Part shown: piece by piece, positions 38,713 through 49,590 of the stretch
How positions within the stretch are numbered: position 1 is the first letter of the stretch
How the letters are laid out: each line of letters opens with the position of its first letter
Source: Infirmifilum sp.
Lineage (GTDB): Archaea; Thermoproteota; Thermoprotei; Thermofilales; Thermofilaceae
Direction of reading: 5' to 3'
NCBI GenBank assembly: GCA_041287245.1
Contig: JBEULP010000039.1
Coordinates: forward strand, 17,608-81,607
DNA length: 64,000 bases
Position numbers and translations under genes: made by a program
The notes under the pieces: generated by a model
The model's input: the letters and a program-made list of their open reading frames with translations, nothing else
Databases searched by the model: none
Told to the model about the DNA's origin: nothing

Positions 38713-39814
38713 ATCTTTCCTTGTTCACGATTAGAGCGCCAGCGACTATTAGAGCTACAACGAGTACAACAAGACTGGAATAATACTCTGTTGTCTCCCT
38801 GATTTCAACAGAAAAGCTTATTCTCTCAGCACCATTGGGACCGTAAATTGCTAGGAAGCTGTCGGGACTAGACTTAGTTATCCATCCAACTAGGATCACG
38901 TTGTCTAGCTGGTTTATCGCAGCCCCCTCCACGTAGTTACCGGCTGAACCTGTGGTGGCTGTTACATCTATAGGAAAGGTTGTACTAGAGGAGTTAACAA
39001 CGGTGAATACGTGGGGCTCTACGTTTATCAGCGAGTAGGTCCATTTGTCGGCATTTTGGGTTATGTTCTCCTGAGGTTGGAAGACATAAGCATATGCTAG
39101 ATATGCGTCCACTCCTTTTATTCGCAGTAAAAGTGTGAGTAACGAGTGAACGTCTGCACATGCACCTTCTTTTTCTGCAAATGTCTTGGCGGGGCACTGG
39201 ACACCGCCGAGCATAGACAAATTGTACTTTATATTCGAGTGAACCCATTCTGCTGTCTTTAGTATGTATTCTCGAATATTAGCAGACCTGGCATATATTT
39301 CATTGGAGAGTTTCACAATGCTTGTAAAGTTCGTGTCACGATACCTGCAGCCCCAAAAGGGAGACTTTGAAAGCTCATCAATGTTTACAGGTCGCTGCTC
39401 GAGATATTCAGGCATTCCTGCGATCTTGCGAAAAGGAGGTCTTGCCACTTCTACTACTTGCACTAGGGTTATGTTCAACATACCGGAAAAGGCTAGATCA
39501 CCCGGATACACGAAGCGGTTACCGTCGTCGTCATTGAGGAGGGAAAACACAACAGGTTTAGAGTTAACGAGTAGGGTTATGTTTACAAGTCTCTGCCAAC
39601 CCGCTATATCCGGTATAACTCTGAAGGATTTTGTGAAAACCTCTCGATCCACAGTGCCACTTCCATAAACCACCATTTTGTTTAGGATCGTGTAGCGGGA
39701 AGTATTGTATCCAAGTTCTACCCCAGCGAACACGAGACCGAGTAAGAGAACAGCAAGCTGTTTTAAAGGCATTAGGGGTCTAGAATAGAGAACAGAGCGG
39801 TCGTTATTTATCAT
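38705..39814 (-). CDS. Transglutaminase-like domain protein, exported and membrane-anchored
   Basis: WVHSNIKY, GACAD (Cys), PHVF (His), IDVT (Asp) triad; N- and C-terminal hydrophobic helices. Confidence 0.85.
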   Translation of the reverse strand: MINNDRSVLYSRPLMPLKQLAVLLLGLVFAGVELGYNTSRYTILNKMVVYGSGTVDREVFTKSFRVIPDIAGWQRLVNITLLVNSKPVVFSLLNDDDGNRFVYPGDLAFSGMLNITLVQVVEVARPPFRKIAGMPEYLEQRPVNIDELSKSPFWGCRYRDTNFTSIVKLSNEIYARSANIREYILKTAEWVHSNIKYNLSMLGGVQCPAKTFAEKEGACADVHSLLTLLLRIKGVDAYLAYAYVFQPQENITQNADKWTYSLINVEPHVFTVVNSSSTTFPIDVTATTGSAGNYVEGAAINQLDNVILVGWITKSSPDSFLAIYGPNGAERISFSVEIRETTEYYSSLVVLVVALIVAGALIVNKERSI

Positions 39815-39933
39815 TTATGGCGTGTGGATCCAGTAGAGGGGGTTAGTGATGCCTAGATTCCCCCGCTTAGGAGCCAGCCCTGGTGGAAAAAAATTAATGT
39901 GTGTTATTTCCATTTTCACTGGCTTGAAAACTT

Positions 39934-41745
39934 ATGTTAGACTCTCGAAAAGGCTATATTACCAGGATCTCAGGCCCGGTGGTAATCGGGAAAGGCATCA
40001 GCGATGTGAAGCTAGGCGAAGTAGTATACGTTGGGGAGGAAGGGCTTTTAGGCGAGGTAGTTCGTATAGGTCCAGACTACTTCGCAACTCAGGTATATGA
40101 GGATACGAGCGGGCTAAGGCCTAAAGAGCCTATAATAGGAACAGGCAAACTCCTTGTTGCACAACTCGGGCCGGGACTGATGTCTAGTGTCTACGACGGT
40201 GTTCAAAGGCCGCTTGAAAACATTAGGGATTTGGTAGGACCTTTTGTCAAGAGAGGCGTTAAGGTAAACCCCTTACCTAAAGACAAAAAATGGCATTTTA
40301 AACCGCTAGTTAAAAAGGATGCGAAGGTAGGACCGGGGGACATTCTGGGAACTGTCCAGGAAACACCCATCATTGAACACCGAGTTATGGTTCCTCTGAA
40401 CATTGAGGGGCGTATTAAAGAGATTGTATCAGAGGGAGACTTTACTATAGAGGACCCCATAGCTGTTATTGAGCATGACGGTAAGTTGCTCGAGGTCTCC
40501 ATGAAACAGGAATGGCCCGTGAGGCAGGCCAGGCCTTATAAGGAGAGGCTCACCAGCGAAGTGCCTCTCTTAATAGGTCAAAGGGTGATAGACTCGTTTT
40601 TTCCAATTGCAAAGGGTGGTGCCGGAGCAATCCCTGGAGGCTTTGGTACAGGAAAAACCGTAACACTCCACAAAGTAGCTATGTACAGCGACTCACAAAT
40701 CGTCATTTATATCGGATGCGGTGAGCGTGGAAACGAGATCGCGGAAATGCTTATGGAGTTTCCGGAGCTTGTCGATCCTAAGTCTGGCCGCCCTATTATT
40801 GACAGGAGCATTGTAATCGCAAATACTTCGAATATGCCCGTCTCGGCCAGAGAAGCCTCAATTTACATGGGAATAACGATAGCCGAATACTATAGAGACC
40901 AAGGCTACGATGTGACCCTCATCGCAGACTCTACCAGCAGATGGGCCGAGGCACTCCGTGAGATTGCGGGAAGGCTAGGAGAACTCCCAGTGGAAAGAGG
41001 TTATCCAGCCTACCTACCTGATAAGATAGCTGAGTTTTACGAACGGGGAGGACGCGTTAAACCCCTCGGTTCTCCTGAGCGCAGCGGGTCTGTAACTGTT
41101 CTAGGCTCGGTATCGCCTCCAGGGGGCGACTACAACGAACCCGTCACGATCCATACACTAAGATTTGTGGGAGTTATGTGGGCCCTCGACACAGACCTAG
41201 CCTACAGGAGGCACTTCCCTGCAATTAACTGGCTTAGAAGTTTCAGCCAGTATGCGGACATTGTGGAGCGGTGGTGGGTTAAGAATGTCTCCCCAGAGTT
41301 TCCCCAGTACAGGAGGAGGGCTTTAAGGTTAATGACGGTTGCGAGTGAAATAGAGGCAATAGCATCCGTCGTTGGTGAAGGCGCTCTACCAGATGACCAG
41401 CGCCTGATACTTTTAACTTCGGAGATAATAAAGGAGGGTTTCTTGAGGCAAACAGCTCTGAGCGGTGAGGATGTTTTCTGCAAACCCGAAAAGCAGTACT
41501 GGCTTCTCAAAATGATGATCGATTTCTTCGACAGGGCATACGACTTGATAAAGAAGAGGGTTTCCATCGAAGAGATCAACAGGTTGCCAGAGGTGTATGA
41601 GATGATGCGTGTAAAGGAGGATGAGCGCGGGCTAGAGGCCGTGAAGGAGCTTTATAACAGGGTAATGAGCAGGCTGGAGGAAATAGCGGAGAGGCACGGG
41701 GTGCAACCCTCTATTTCAGGTGGAGAGGTGGTTATGAATGCCTGA
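39934..41745 (+). CDS. atpA: A/V-type ATP synthase subunit A
   Basis: [48 protein letters not shown]. Confidence 0.98.
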   Translation: MLDSRKGYITRISGPVVIGKGISDVKLGEVVYVGEEGLLGEVVRIGPDYFATQVYEDTSGLRPKEPIIGTGKLLVAQLGPGLMSSVYDGVQRPLENIRDLVGPFVKRGVKVNPLPKDKKWHFKPLVKKDAKVGPGDILGTVQETPIIEHRVMVPLNIEGRIKEIVSEGDFTIEDPIAVIEHDGKLLEVSMKQEWPVRQARPYKERLTSEVPLLIGQRVIDSFFPIAKGGAGAIPGGFGTGKTVTLHKVAMYSDSQIVIYIGCGERGNEIAEMLMEFPELVDPKSGRPIIDRSIVIANTSNMPVSAREASIYMGITIAEYYRDQGYDVTLIADSTSRWAEALREIAGRLGELPVERGYPAYLPDKIAEFYERGGRVKPLGSPERSGSVTVLGSVSPPGGDYNEPVTIHTLRFVGVMWALDTDLAYRRHFPAINWLRSFSQYADIVERWWVKNVSPEFPQYRRRALRLMTVASEIEAIASVVGEGALPDDQRLILLTSEIIKEGFLRQTALSGEDVFCKPEKQYWLLKMMIDFFDRAYDLIKKRVSIEEINRLPEVYEMMRVKEDERGLEAVKELYNRVMSRLEEIAERHGVQPSISGGEVVMNA

Positions 41746-43153
41746 AGAGGTCATTAGGAGTATTTTGGAGCGCTATCCTGGTAAGGTCTACCGCGGCGTC
41801 AAGGAGATACGCGGTAGCCTATTAATTGTAGATGGAGTAGAAGACGCGGCTTATGACGAGGTCGTGAGAATATACGGAAAGGATCGCTCCGAGAGATATG
41901 GCAGAGTTCTCGAGACAAGTATAGGTAACGCTGTAGTACAGGTTCTCGGAGACAGGGAGGGGCTTGAGACAGACACTTTGGTCAAGTTTACCGGCTCGAC
42001 TTTCAAGATAAGGGTATCTGAGGACATACTTGGAAGAATATTCAACGGGCGTTTCGAACCTATAGACGGTTTACCCCCTCTCCTGACAGGCGAGCTACGC
42101 GAGATAACCGGAGAGCCTATAAATCCAGTTTCAAGGCAGTACCCCCATGACTTTGTTCAGACAGGTGTATCGGTGATAGACGGTCTCTTTAGCATTGTAA
42201 GGGGACAAAAACTACCGATTTTCAGTGTTTCAGGTCTACCTCACAATTTGCTGGCAGCGCAGGTGGCCAGGCAAGCGACAGTCAGGGGGGAGGGTGAGAA
42301 GTTCGCAGTGGTTTTTGCAGGGCTCGGTTTAAGGAAAACAGAGGCGGAGTTCTTCATGGAACAGTTCCGGGAGACAGGGGCGATAGAAAAACTGGTTGCA
42401 ATTCTGAACCTCGCCGACGACCCAGCCGTTGAAAGACTAATGACTCCGCGTATCGCCCTAACTGTCGCGGAATATCTTGCCTTCGACCTCGAGATGCATG
42501 TCTTGGTGATAATGTCGGACATGACTAACTATTGTGAGGCTCTGCGCGAGGTGAGCTCTGCTAGGGGCGAGATCCCAGGTAGGATGGGTTATCCCGGCTA
42601 CATGTACAGTGACCTTGCAACAATCTATGAAAGAGCGGGTATAATTAAGGGGAAAAAAGGAAGTATAACGTTGTTCCCCATACTTACAATGCCTGGCGGG
42701 GATCTCAGACACCCAATACCTGACCTGACCGGATATATCACCGAGGGGCAGATCTTCCTCAGCCAAGAGCTACATGCTCAAGGTATTTATCCCCCTGTAA
42801 ACGTGCTTCCAAGCTTGAGCAGGCTCATGAAGGCTGGTATCGGCGAGGGTAAAACAAGGGAGGATCACAGATACCTCGCAGATCAGTTATATGACGCCTA
42901 CTCAAGGGGTGTGAGAGCGAGGGATCTAGCTAGAATAATCGGAGAGATGGGGCTTAGCGAGAGGATGAGAAAGTTCCTCAAATTTGCTGAGGAGTTCGAA
43001 AACACTTTTGTTAGCCAATCATTTTATGAGAATAGGAGTGTTGAAGAGACCCTGGATAGGGGGTGGAAAGTTCTAGCTGTTTTGCCAGAAGAAGAGCTCG
43101 TCAGGATACCTAGACGGTTAATTGAGAAGTACCACCCAGCGTATAGGAGTTAA
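41738..43153 (+). CDS. atpB: A/V-type ATP synthase subunit B
   Basis: [57 protein letters not shown]. Confidence 0.98.
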   Translation: MPEEVIRSILERYPGKVYRGVKEIRGSLLIVDGVEDAAYDEVVRIYGKDRSERYGRVLETSIGNAVVQVLGDREGLETDTLVKFTGSTFKIRVSEDILGRIFNGRFEPIDGLPPLLTGELREITGEPINPVSRQYPHDFVQTGVSVIDGLFSIVRGQKLPIFSVSGLPHNLLAAQVARQATVRGEGEKFAVVFAGLGLRKTEAEFFMEQFRETGAIEKLVAILNLADDPAVERLMTPRIALTVAEYLAFDLEMHVLVIMSDMTNYCEALREVSSARGEIPGRMGYPGYMYSDLATIYERAGIIKGKKGSITLFPILTMPGGDLRHPIPDLTGYITEGQIFLSQELHAQGIYPPVNVLPSLSRLMKAGIGEGKTREDHRYLADQLYDAYSRGVRARDLARIIGEMGLSERMRKFLKFAEEFENTFVSQSFYENRSVEETLDRGWKVLAVLPEEELVRIPRRLIEKYHPAYRS

Positions 43154-43156
43154 GCG

Positions 43157-43765
43157 GTGGGCTTAGTGTTAAGTGAGCTTGCCTTTCTACCCGCGTCCAG
43201 AGGTACGCTGCAGTTACTCCGAAGAAGATTAGAGCTCGTGAAGAGGGGTAAGGATGTTCTTCAGATGCGGAGGGACCAGCTTGCCAAAGAGCTTCTAGGT
43301 ATAATGAATGAACTTCAAAAGAGGTCCCAAGCAGAACAGGAATTCATAGAAGCGGCTAGAAGGGCCGCGATGTTAAGGGTTGCTAGAGGCGAGTATGACT
43401 TCAGGTCGGCATCTTCCTTGGTAAAGCCCCCTAAGATTACAAGCGTTATAGTAAGCTATCAAGGCATCCCGGTGCCACAAGCCAGGATAACCGAGGATCC
43501 GGACTTCTCACAAATCAATGACCCCGATTATCGGGAAACAATAGAGCATTTATGGAACGCGGTGAAAACAATGATTGACGTGGCTAACAAGGAGGTTGCC
43601 GTTGAGAAGATTAGCGAGCAGCTCTTATATATAAACCGGGTTGTAAACAGCCTTGAAAAGAACCTGATCCCCGCATTAACGGACGTTTTAAGACGGATTG
43701 AAGAGAGGGTAGTTGAAGAGGAACTGGAGGATTTCGTAAGGGTGAAAATACTAGGGGGTGGTTAG
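43157..43765 (+). CDS. atpD: A/V-type ATP synthase subunit D
   Basis: LRRRLELVKRGKDVLQMRRDQL; RVVNSLE..LIP; EEELEDFVRVK. Confidence 0.93.
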   Translation: MGLVLSELAFLPASRGTLQLLRRRLELVKRGKDVLQMRRDQLAKELLGIMNELQKRSQAEQEFIEAARRAAMLRVARGEYDFRSASSLVKPPKITSVIVSYQGIPVPQARITEDPDFSQINDPDYRETIEHLWNAVKTMIDVANKEVAVEKISEQLLYINRVVNSLEKNLIPALTDVLRRIEERVVEEELEDFVRVKILGGG

Positions 43766-44663
43766 AACGGATACATACATTGTTGTGAGAGCACATGGGC
43801 TTAAGTCACGACTTTTAACACTAGAGGACTACCAGGCATTGATTCATAATGAGAAGAAGCTCTCAGATTTCAGGGACTATATTTTTATAAAGGATAATGA
43901 TACCCTTGAGACAAAACTCGAGAAAATATATCGCGTATATGTTTCTCGAATTGAGACGCTAAGTAAGGCTGATAGGCAGATAGGCGCTTTTATTCAAGCC
44001 CTTCTAGATAGACTTGAAATAGAGAATATCAAGATACACCTTCGCTACCTCCTAGGCGCAAAACGCCCCGTTATTTACTATCCTTATGGTCACCACATAG
44101 GCCCTGCAAAACTATCCTCTATCAAGACAGAGGGGACACTTTGGGAAGAGATCTCAAGAACGGAGTACAGGGCTCCTCCTATTCCAGATTTCGTCACATC
44201 GCTAGAGGCTGAGAGAGAACTCCTCCTAGACATTTTATACTATAATTATTTATCTTTGACAATTCAAAGTATTAGTGTTTCGAAAGAAACTCAGGCAGAA
44301 CTTTTACGTTGCATTGAAAAAGAGCTTGAGTTGAAAGGGATGCTTTGGTCCAGAACCCTTAGCCTTGAAATTATCACTCGCTTAGCCAGTAAATATTCAC
44401 CAAATCTCCGCTTCAAAATATCACCGCCACCAGAACAGTGGAAAGGTCTAAAGACGACCGAACTTATGCGCCAAATTGAAATTAGCCTGCTGGAAATGTT
44501 AAAGGAAAAAGTAGCAGTTAAATATTCACTTGAAATCCCATTTATTTACTACTACAACGCCCTGGCCCTTTTAGAGGCAAATAACCTTGAGAAAATACTT
44601 CTAGGAAAAGAGATAGGAATCCCAGAGGAGGTCATCCTCCGAACCATAATATCGCTTTCTTAG
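43758..44663 (+). CDS. atpC: A/V-type ATP synthase subunit C (d/AC39-like), divergent
   Basis: YIVVRAHGLKSRLL, EIENIK..LR, LEANNL.KI..GK..G; operon position. Confidence 0.8.
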   Translation: MVRTDTYIVVRAHGLKSRLLTLEDYQALIHNEKKLSDFRDYIFIKDNDTLETKLEKIYRVYVSRIETLSKADRQIGAFIQALLDRLEIENIKIHLRYLLGAKRPVIYYPYGHHIGPAKLSSIKTEGTLWEEISRTEYRAPPIPDFVTSLEAERELLLDILYYNYLSLTIQSISVSKETQAELLRCIEKELELKGMLWSRTLSLEIITRLASKYSPNLRFKISPPPEQWKGLKTTELMRQIEISLLEMLKEKVAVKYSLEIPFIYYYNALALLEANNLEKILLGKEIGIPEEVILRTIISLS

Positions 44664-44772
44664 CTTCACTCTCCGCGGCATCTGCGAATAATTTTTTAGA
44701 AGACAAGTTAAGCCTTCTAAAAATGACAAGCAAAAAATAAATATTTTTTTATATAGCAGACAATCATATCGG

Positions 44773-46272
44773 GTGACCAAATCTTTGGACGCTGCTCTAC
44801 GACCATTTTTTGACCCCAAGGGGGTTGCTTTAATCGGCGCCTCGAGAGAAGAGGAAAAACCGGGACATGTTATTCTAAAACTTCTACTTGAAAATAAGAA
44901 AAACGGCATTCTGCAAGCTCCTATTTACCCAGTAAATCCTAACGCCGATGTTATTCTAGGGCAAAAGGTATACAAAAGTATTAGCGACCTGCCAGGAGAA
45001 GTAGACCTCGCCATCATAGTTGTCCCCGCAAGGTTTGTCCCAAGTATAGTAAGCGAGTTGGGGGACAAGGGTGTAAAAGCTGTAGTTGTCATTTCCTCAG
45101 GGTTTAGCGAAATAGGAAGAACAGACCTAGAAGAGGCTTTAAAGATCGAAGCCAGGAAGAAGGGTATTAGAGTTCTAGGACCGAACTGTGTGGGGATATT
45201 CTCCCCATGGACCGGGGTTGACACGATCTTCCTGCCCTACACGAAGAGACTCTCAGATGGACGTGATGTTCTAAGCGCACCCAGGCCTCCTCGTGGCCAC
45301 GTAGCGCTCATCTCACAGAGTGGTGCCGTGGGCACCGCAGCTCTAGACTACATGCATGGTGAGGGAATAGGCCTATCCTATTTCTTCAGCATAGGCAATA
45401 AGGCGGATGTCGATGAAGTCGAGCTTATACAGGCTCTTGGAGATGACGAGAAAACCCGCGTGATCCTACTATACCTAGAGAGCATAGCCCGTGGCCGAGC
45501 TTTTATAGAGGTTGCTTCTAAGGTCTCTGCTAAAAAGCCGATCATTGCAATGAAAACCGGTAGGACGCAAGCGGGGAGGCGTGCAGCTGCCTCACACACG
45601 GCTTCCTTAGCCGGAACAGACGAGATATATGAAGCGGCCTTCAGGCGTAGCGGTGTAATACGTGCCCAGGATATTGAAGAGCTGTTTGACTTTGCAAAAG
45701 CCTTCGCAACACAACCTCCACCGCAAGGCCCCCGTATAGCTATTGTAACCGATGGAGGCGGTGCCGGTGTTATGGCCACGGATATGGCGGAGTTTCTAGG
45801 ACTACAGGTTCCAGAGCTGAAGGGTGAAACGAGAGCTAAACTTGAGGATCTGAGGAGAGAAGGTAGAGTACCTGAGTTTGCCCAGCTCTCCAATCCCGTC
45901 GACCTCACTGGCTCAGCTACAAGTGAAATGTTTGTAGATGCTACTAGAGTATTGTTGGAGAGTCCAGATGTAGACGCGGTGGCAATACTTGCTCTTCACC
46001 AGGTTCCAGGAATACCTGATCCCGTAGACCTTGCGAGAAAACTTTCCAGTCTTGCTAAGGGATACTCGAAACCAGTTGTAGCTGTGGATACAGGGTGGAG
46101 TGAGGCAGCCTTACTTGAACGTAAGGAGTTCGACAAGAATGGTATCCCAGCATACCCGACCCCCGAGAGGGCCATAAAGGCTTTATGGGCGCTGGAGAAG
46201 TATGGAGAGTGGCTTAGGCAAAGAGGCACCTTTAAGGAATATTTGAATACGTTTAGATCAATATCTATCTAA
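44773..46272 (+). CDS. acdA: Acetate/acyl-CoA ligase (ADP-forming) alpha subunit
   Basis: PKGVALIGAS, YPVNP, GPNCVG, SQSG, GNKAD, AASHTASLAG (phospho-His), NPVDLTG. Confidence 0.93.
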   Translation: MTKSLDAALRPFFDPKGVALIGASREEEKPGHVILKLLLENKKNGILQAPIYPVNPNADVILGQKVYKSISDLPGEVDLAIIVVPARFVPSIVSELGDKGVKAVVVISSGFSEIGRTDLEEALKIEARKKGIRVLGPNCVGIFSPWTGVDTIFLPYTKRLSDGRDVLSAPRPPRGHVALISQSGAVGTAALDYMHGEGIGLSYFFSIGNKADVDEVELIQALGDDEKTRVILLYLESIARGRAFIEVASKVSAKKPIIAMKTGRTQAGRRAAASHTASLAGTDEIYEAAFRRSGVIRAQDIEELFDFAKAFATQPPPQGPRIAIVTDGGGAGVMATDMAEFLGLQVPELKGETRAKLEDLRREGRVPEFAQLSNPVDLTGSATSEMFVDATRVLLESPDVDAVAILALHQVPGIPDPVDLARKLSSLAKGYSKPVVAVDTGWSEAALLERKEFDKNGIPAYPTPERAIKALWALEKYGEWLRQRGTFKEYLNTFRSISI

Positions 46273-46363
46273 TTTTTAATATTTTTTATTAAATATTACT
46301 TTGCTAGAAGATAAATAGTAAGTATTTATATTAAGCCAGTGAGAACAAAAAGAGGGGTTAAGT

Positions 46364-49198
46364 TTGATTACTCCAGAGCCACTAGAGAAATTTAGAGTAG
46401 CCGTACCCTCGGAGTACGAGGTTAACCTACTAGATGCCCTCGCTGCTATAGGGACAGTCCACCTAGAAGTATCAGTCGAGGCAAGAAGTGTCTTACCACC
46501 TCTACTTGTTGATGCACTGGAAGGTAAGATTACACCTCAAACGTTGAACATCACCGAAGCACTTGAAATAGTGAGGAAGGTTTTACGGCGTGATGATATT
46601 CTGTTGAAACGCTTTGAGGATAAAGTCGAGCAGTATATGCACTTACAGAAGATAAGGAGGCTTGCCCAAGGGCTTTCCGAAATAGGCGTATCCCCTGATA
46701 CTATTGGGAAGGAGAAGCTTGGGCTAATAACGGATTTAATCATCGTCAGTGATGAGAACCTGCATGATGCCGTATCTTCGTTCTTCTCCATAGGGACAAT
46801 CATCCGCCGCCGAAGCATTTCCGATTATGAGGATGCACTCCTACTTATCTATAAATATGATTTAAAAACAGAGGTTGAAAAGTTAAAGAAACAATATGCT
46901 AGGTCCTTTGAAATACCATCATGGTTTTATGATAAGCTAGAGGTGGTTTTGAAAAGGATTGATGAGGAGGATTTAAGCATACGCAAAGAACTCTTCGATC
47001 TACTTATAGAGGTAGCACACACCCTTCGTAGTGCTTTTGAATTCGAGAAGGCATCCAGGTTTGAGATCATAGGAAATGTCTATAAGGCTTTAAAGGAGCT
47101 AAGAAACAAGAGAGGAGTCATTGAAGACATCATATACACCTATGCTGCTTTGCAACTTATCCTTAAGAAAAGGGACAAAATAACAGATGTTCTCTCTCGC
47201 CTTAAGATCGGAAAGGATCAGGCTTACTTTATACAGCTTCTCGCTAACGAAGAGGTTCTTCTCCCTGAGAAGATAGAGAAAATCACAAGTACTCCTGTCT
47301 TTAAACAGGAGGCAGAAGAGATTAAGGATGAGATCAGCCTCTTTTACAAGTATCTAGGTATTAAGGAGATGGCTTCATGGCTTTTAAAGGAAAAAAGCTG
47401 CGGGTCCGAGCTTACCGGAAACATACTCTTTGCTTACAGCGAGCAAAATATCGACGAGGTTTGTGAGAGCGACTACCTGAAACTTTATGGGGGTACACAA
47501 CTTAGAAGGTCAAGCATAGGATGGGGGTGTGGTGTAATCCTTCTGCTACCTGAAGCGAGCGTAGCAGAGTCCTTAGCAGAGGCTATAAGGGCTAGGTTTA
47601 ATGCGCTAGTATTTGTAGAGAAGTGCAGCCAACCCAACCTAGAACAGCTAATCCAAGATGTTGAAAAGAAGAAAAACTGTATAAGGAACTCTACAACAAC
47701 TAAAGCTTTGAAGGTGCTTCTAAAGTTTCATAAAGTTGATCTTTTGAAACTTGGGGAACAAATAGAGGATAGTTCTCTAGTAGAACTTGCGTCTTTATAT
47801 AAGAGGGCTTTCGAGGAAGTAAAAACAGAGCCTTTACCTGTCGAAGAAAGGTTTACATTCCTAAGGAATATGTTGTCAAGCATAGACAGCCTGAATGAAG
47901 ATCTTAAAAGGCTGGAGGAAGATGTTAAAAATATCCTCTTCCTTCCTACTGAAGATATTTACAGAAGAACTGAGAAGATTTTGGTGCTCTTAAAAGATAT
48001 TCTCCAAAAGTTCAACGAATACCTATCCTATGAGAAGGCTTTAGAAGCAATGTATCATGCCCAACCGCTTTTAAACGAGATCAGGGTACTAAGAACTAGA
48101 AGAATAACCTATGTTGAAGGATACATTCCGGTTAAATATCACGATCTTCTAGTAAAGGAGCTTTCAAACCGTGTTCCTCGGGTGCTCTATTTAAGGTTTG
48201 GAAAGGTTACAAGGGGCGAAAAAGCGCCAACATACATTGAAACCAAGGGTCTGAAGAAATACCTTTATACACTCACATCAATGCGCGGCACACCAAGCTA
48301 CTGGGAAATAGACCCAACCTTGATCTTTACCGGTCTCTTCACCATAATGTATGGAATGATGTTCGGCGATGTCGGGCAGGGTCTACTAATAACAATCTTC
48401 GGCCTTTGGCTTTTAAAGACAAAGTACCCTCTATTGGGGATAAGCCGGCAAGGAGCCGCTACCCTGGGAGCTCTAGCCACACTGGCAGGAGCGTCAAGCA
48501 TGGTATTCGGCGCAGTCTACGGCATGTTCTTCCTTAAACCACTCTGGAGCCCATTGATAAGTCCCATCCATGATATATACCAGATCATCGCAGTGGCACT
48601 GTGGTTCGGAGTAATACAATTATTTCTAGCCATGATGCTTAACACAGTGAATTTACTACGTTTCGGAGACACTCTTGGAGCAATATTTAGTGGGATGGGA
48701 GGCATGGGAATCCTGTTCTACTCCTCTGGTATCGCCATAGCCTATAAACTTGCTACAAGCGGCTTTAATTTCATAGTCTTGGGCTCGCCAGACACGACAG
48801 CATTTCTTGGAATTGTAATACTCTCTCTAATAGGAGTCTTAGCCTTCGGCTTCTACGAAGCGAAGGTTACAAGGCACAAAGAGAAACTAATGCACGCACT
48901 CTCCGAGGCTATTGAAATGATAATAGCTTTTCCAGCCAACTCGCTATCATATATACGATTAGCAGCCTTCGCTATGGCTCACGAGGCTTTTGGTATTCTA
49001 GCTGAAAACATGGCGTTGATGACCGGCGAATTAACCAGCTATATCATTGCTAACTTCTTAGTATTGGCGATAGAAGCCCTAGCGGTCGGTATTCAAGCGC
49101 TGAGATTGACGTACTACGAGTTCTCGACAAAGTTCTTCAGGGGCGAGGGTGTAAAGTTTAGACCACTAGTAGAATCTGTTTACGTGGTACATAAATAA
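46364..49198 (+). CDS. atpI: A/V-type ATP synthase subunit I (a), unusually long (944 aa)
   Basis: N-terminal IGTVHL; VEGYIP..APTY; EIDPT..YGMMFGDVGQG; NSLSYIRLAA (essential Arg); IQALRLTYYEF..KFF.GEG..FRP. Confidence 0.95.
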   Translation: MITPEPLEKFRVAVPSEYEVNLLDALAAIGTVHLEVSVEARSVLPPLLVDALEGKITPQTLNITEALEIVRKVLRRDDILLKRFEDKVEQYMHLQKIRRLAQGLSEIGVSPDTIGKEKLGLITDLIIVSDENLHDAVSSFFSIGTIIRRRSISDYEDALLLIYKYDLKTEVEKLKKQYARSFEIPSWFYDKLEVVLKRIDEEDLSIRKELFDLLIEVAHTLRSAFEFEKASRFEIIGNVYKALKELRNKRGVIEDIIYTYAALQLILKKRDKITDVLSRLKIGKDQAYFIQLLANEEVLLPEKIEKITSTPVFKQEAEEIKDEISLFYKYLGIKEMASWLLKEKSCGSELTGNILFAYSEQNIDEVCESDYLKLYGGTQLRRSSIGWGCGVILLLPEASVAESLAEAIRARFNALVFVEKCSQPNLEQLIQDVEKKKNCIRNSTTTKALKVLLKFHKVDLLKLGEQIEDSSLVELASLYKRAFEEVKTEPLPVEERFTFLRNMLSSIDSLNEDLKRLEEDVKNILFLPTEDIYRRTEKILVLLKDILQKFNEYLSYEKALEAMYHAQPLLNEIRVLRTRRITYVEGYIPVKYHDLLVKELSNRVPRVLYLRFGKVTRGEKAPTYIETKGLKKYLYTLTSMRGTPSYWEIDPTLIFTGLFTIMYGMMFGDVGQGLLITIFGLWLLKTKYPLLGISRQGAATLGALATLAGASSMVFGAVYGMFFLKPLWSPLISPIHDIYQIIAVALWFGVIQLFLAMMLNTVNLLRFGDTLGAIFSGMGGMGILFYSSGIAIAYKLATSGFNFIVLGSPDTTAFLGIVILSLIGVLAFGFYEAKVTRHKEKLMHALSEAIEMIIAFPANSLSYIRLAAFAMAHEAFGILAENMALMTGELTSYIIANFLVLAIEALAVGIQALRLTYYEFSTKFFRGEGVKFRPLVESVYVVHK

Positions 49199-49233
49199 TA
49201 TTTTTATACAAGGCAAAAAATGAGGGTTCTGGT

Positions 49234-49590
49234 ATGAAGAGTAGAAAAGCATTGTTAATACTACTAGCGATTAATATTGCCATGCTTATAGCTTCCATTA
49301 GCGTCCTAGCATCAGCTACTACAAAAGCATTTCAACCCCTTACGCCCTCCCAAGAAACAGTGAAAAAAATCGACCTTCCAGCTGCTATAGCCCTTCTAGC
49401 CGGCGCAATCGCCGTTGCTGGGTCTACAATAGCCTCAGGAATAGCCCTACGGGGAGTAGCAACTGCAGGCTTCGCTGCAGCTGCTGAAAAACCCGAGCTT
49501 ACAACATGGATGCTCATCATGGGCGGCCTTGCTGAAGGTATTGCAGTCTACGGCTTGCTCTTAGGCATCCTGATACTAGGAAAAATTTAG
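49234..49590 (+). CDS. atpK: A/V-type ATP synthase subunit K (c, proteolipid)
   Basis: AEKPE loop, GLAEGIAVYG carboxylate; single hairpin plus N-terminal hydrophobic leader. Confidence 0.95.
   Translation: MKSRKALLILLAINIAMLIASISVLASATTKAFQPLTPSQETVKKIDLPAAIALLAGAIAVAGSTIASGIALRGVATAGFAAAAEKPELTTWMLIMGGLAEGIAVYGLLLGILILGKI

Noticed and set aside
34295..39814. Integrated element at tRNA-Asn
   Set aside because: No integrase, transposase or duplicated tRNA 3' end (att site) found
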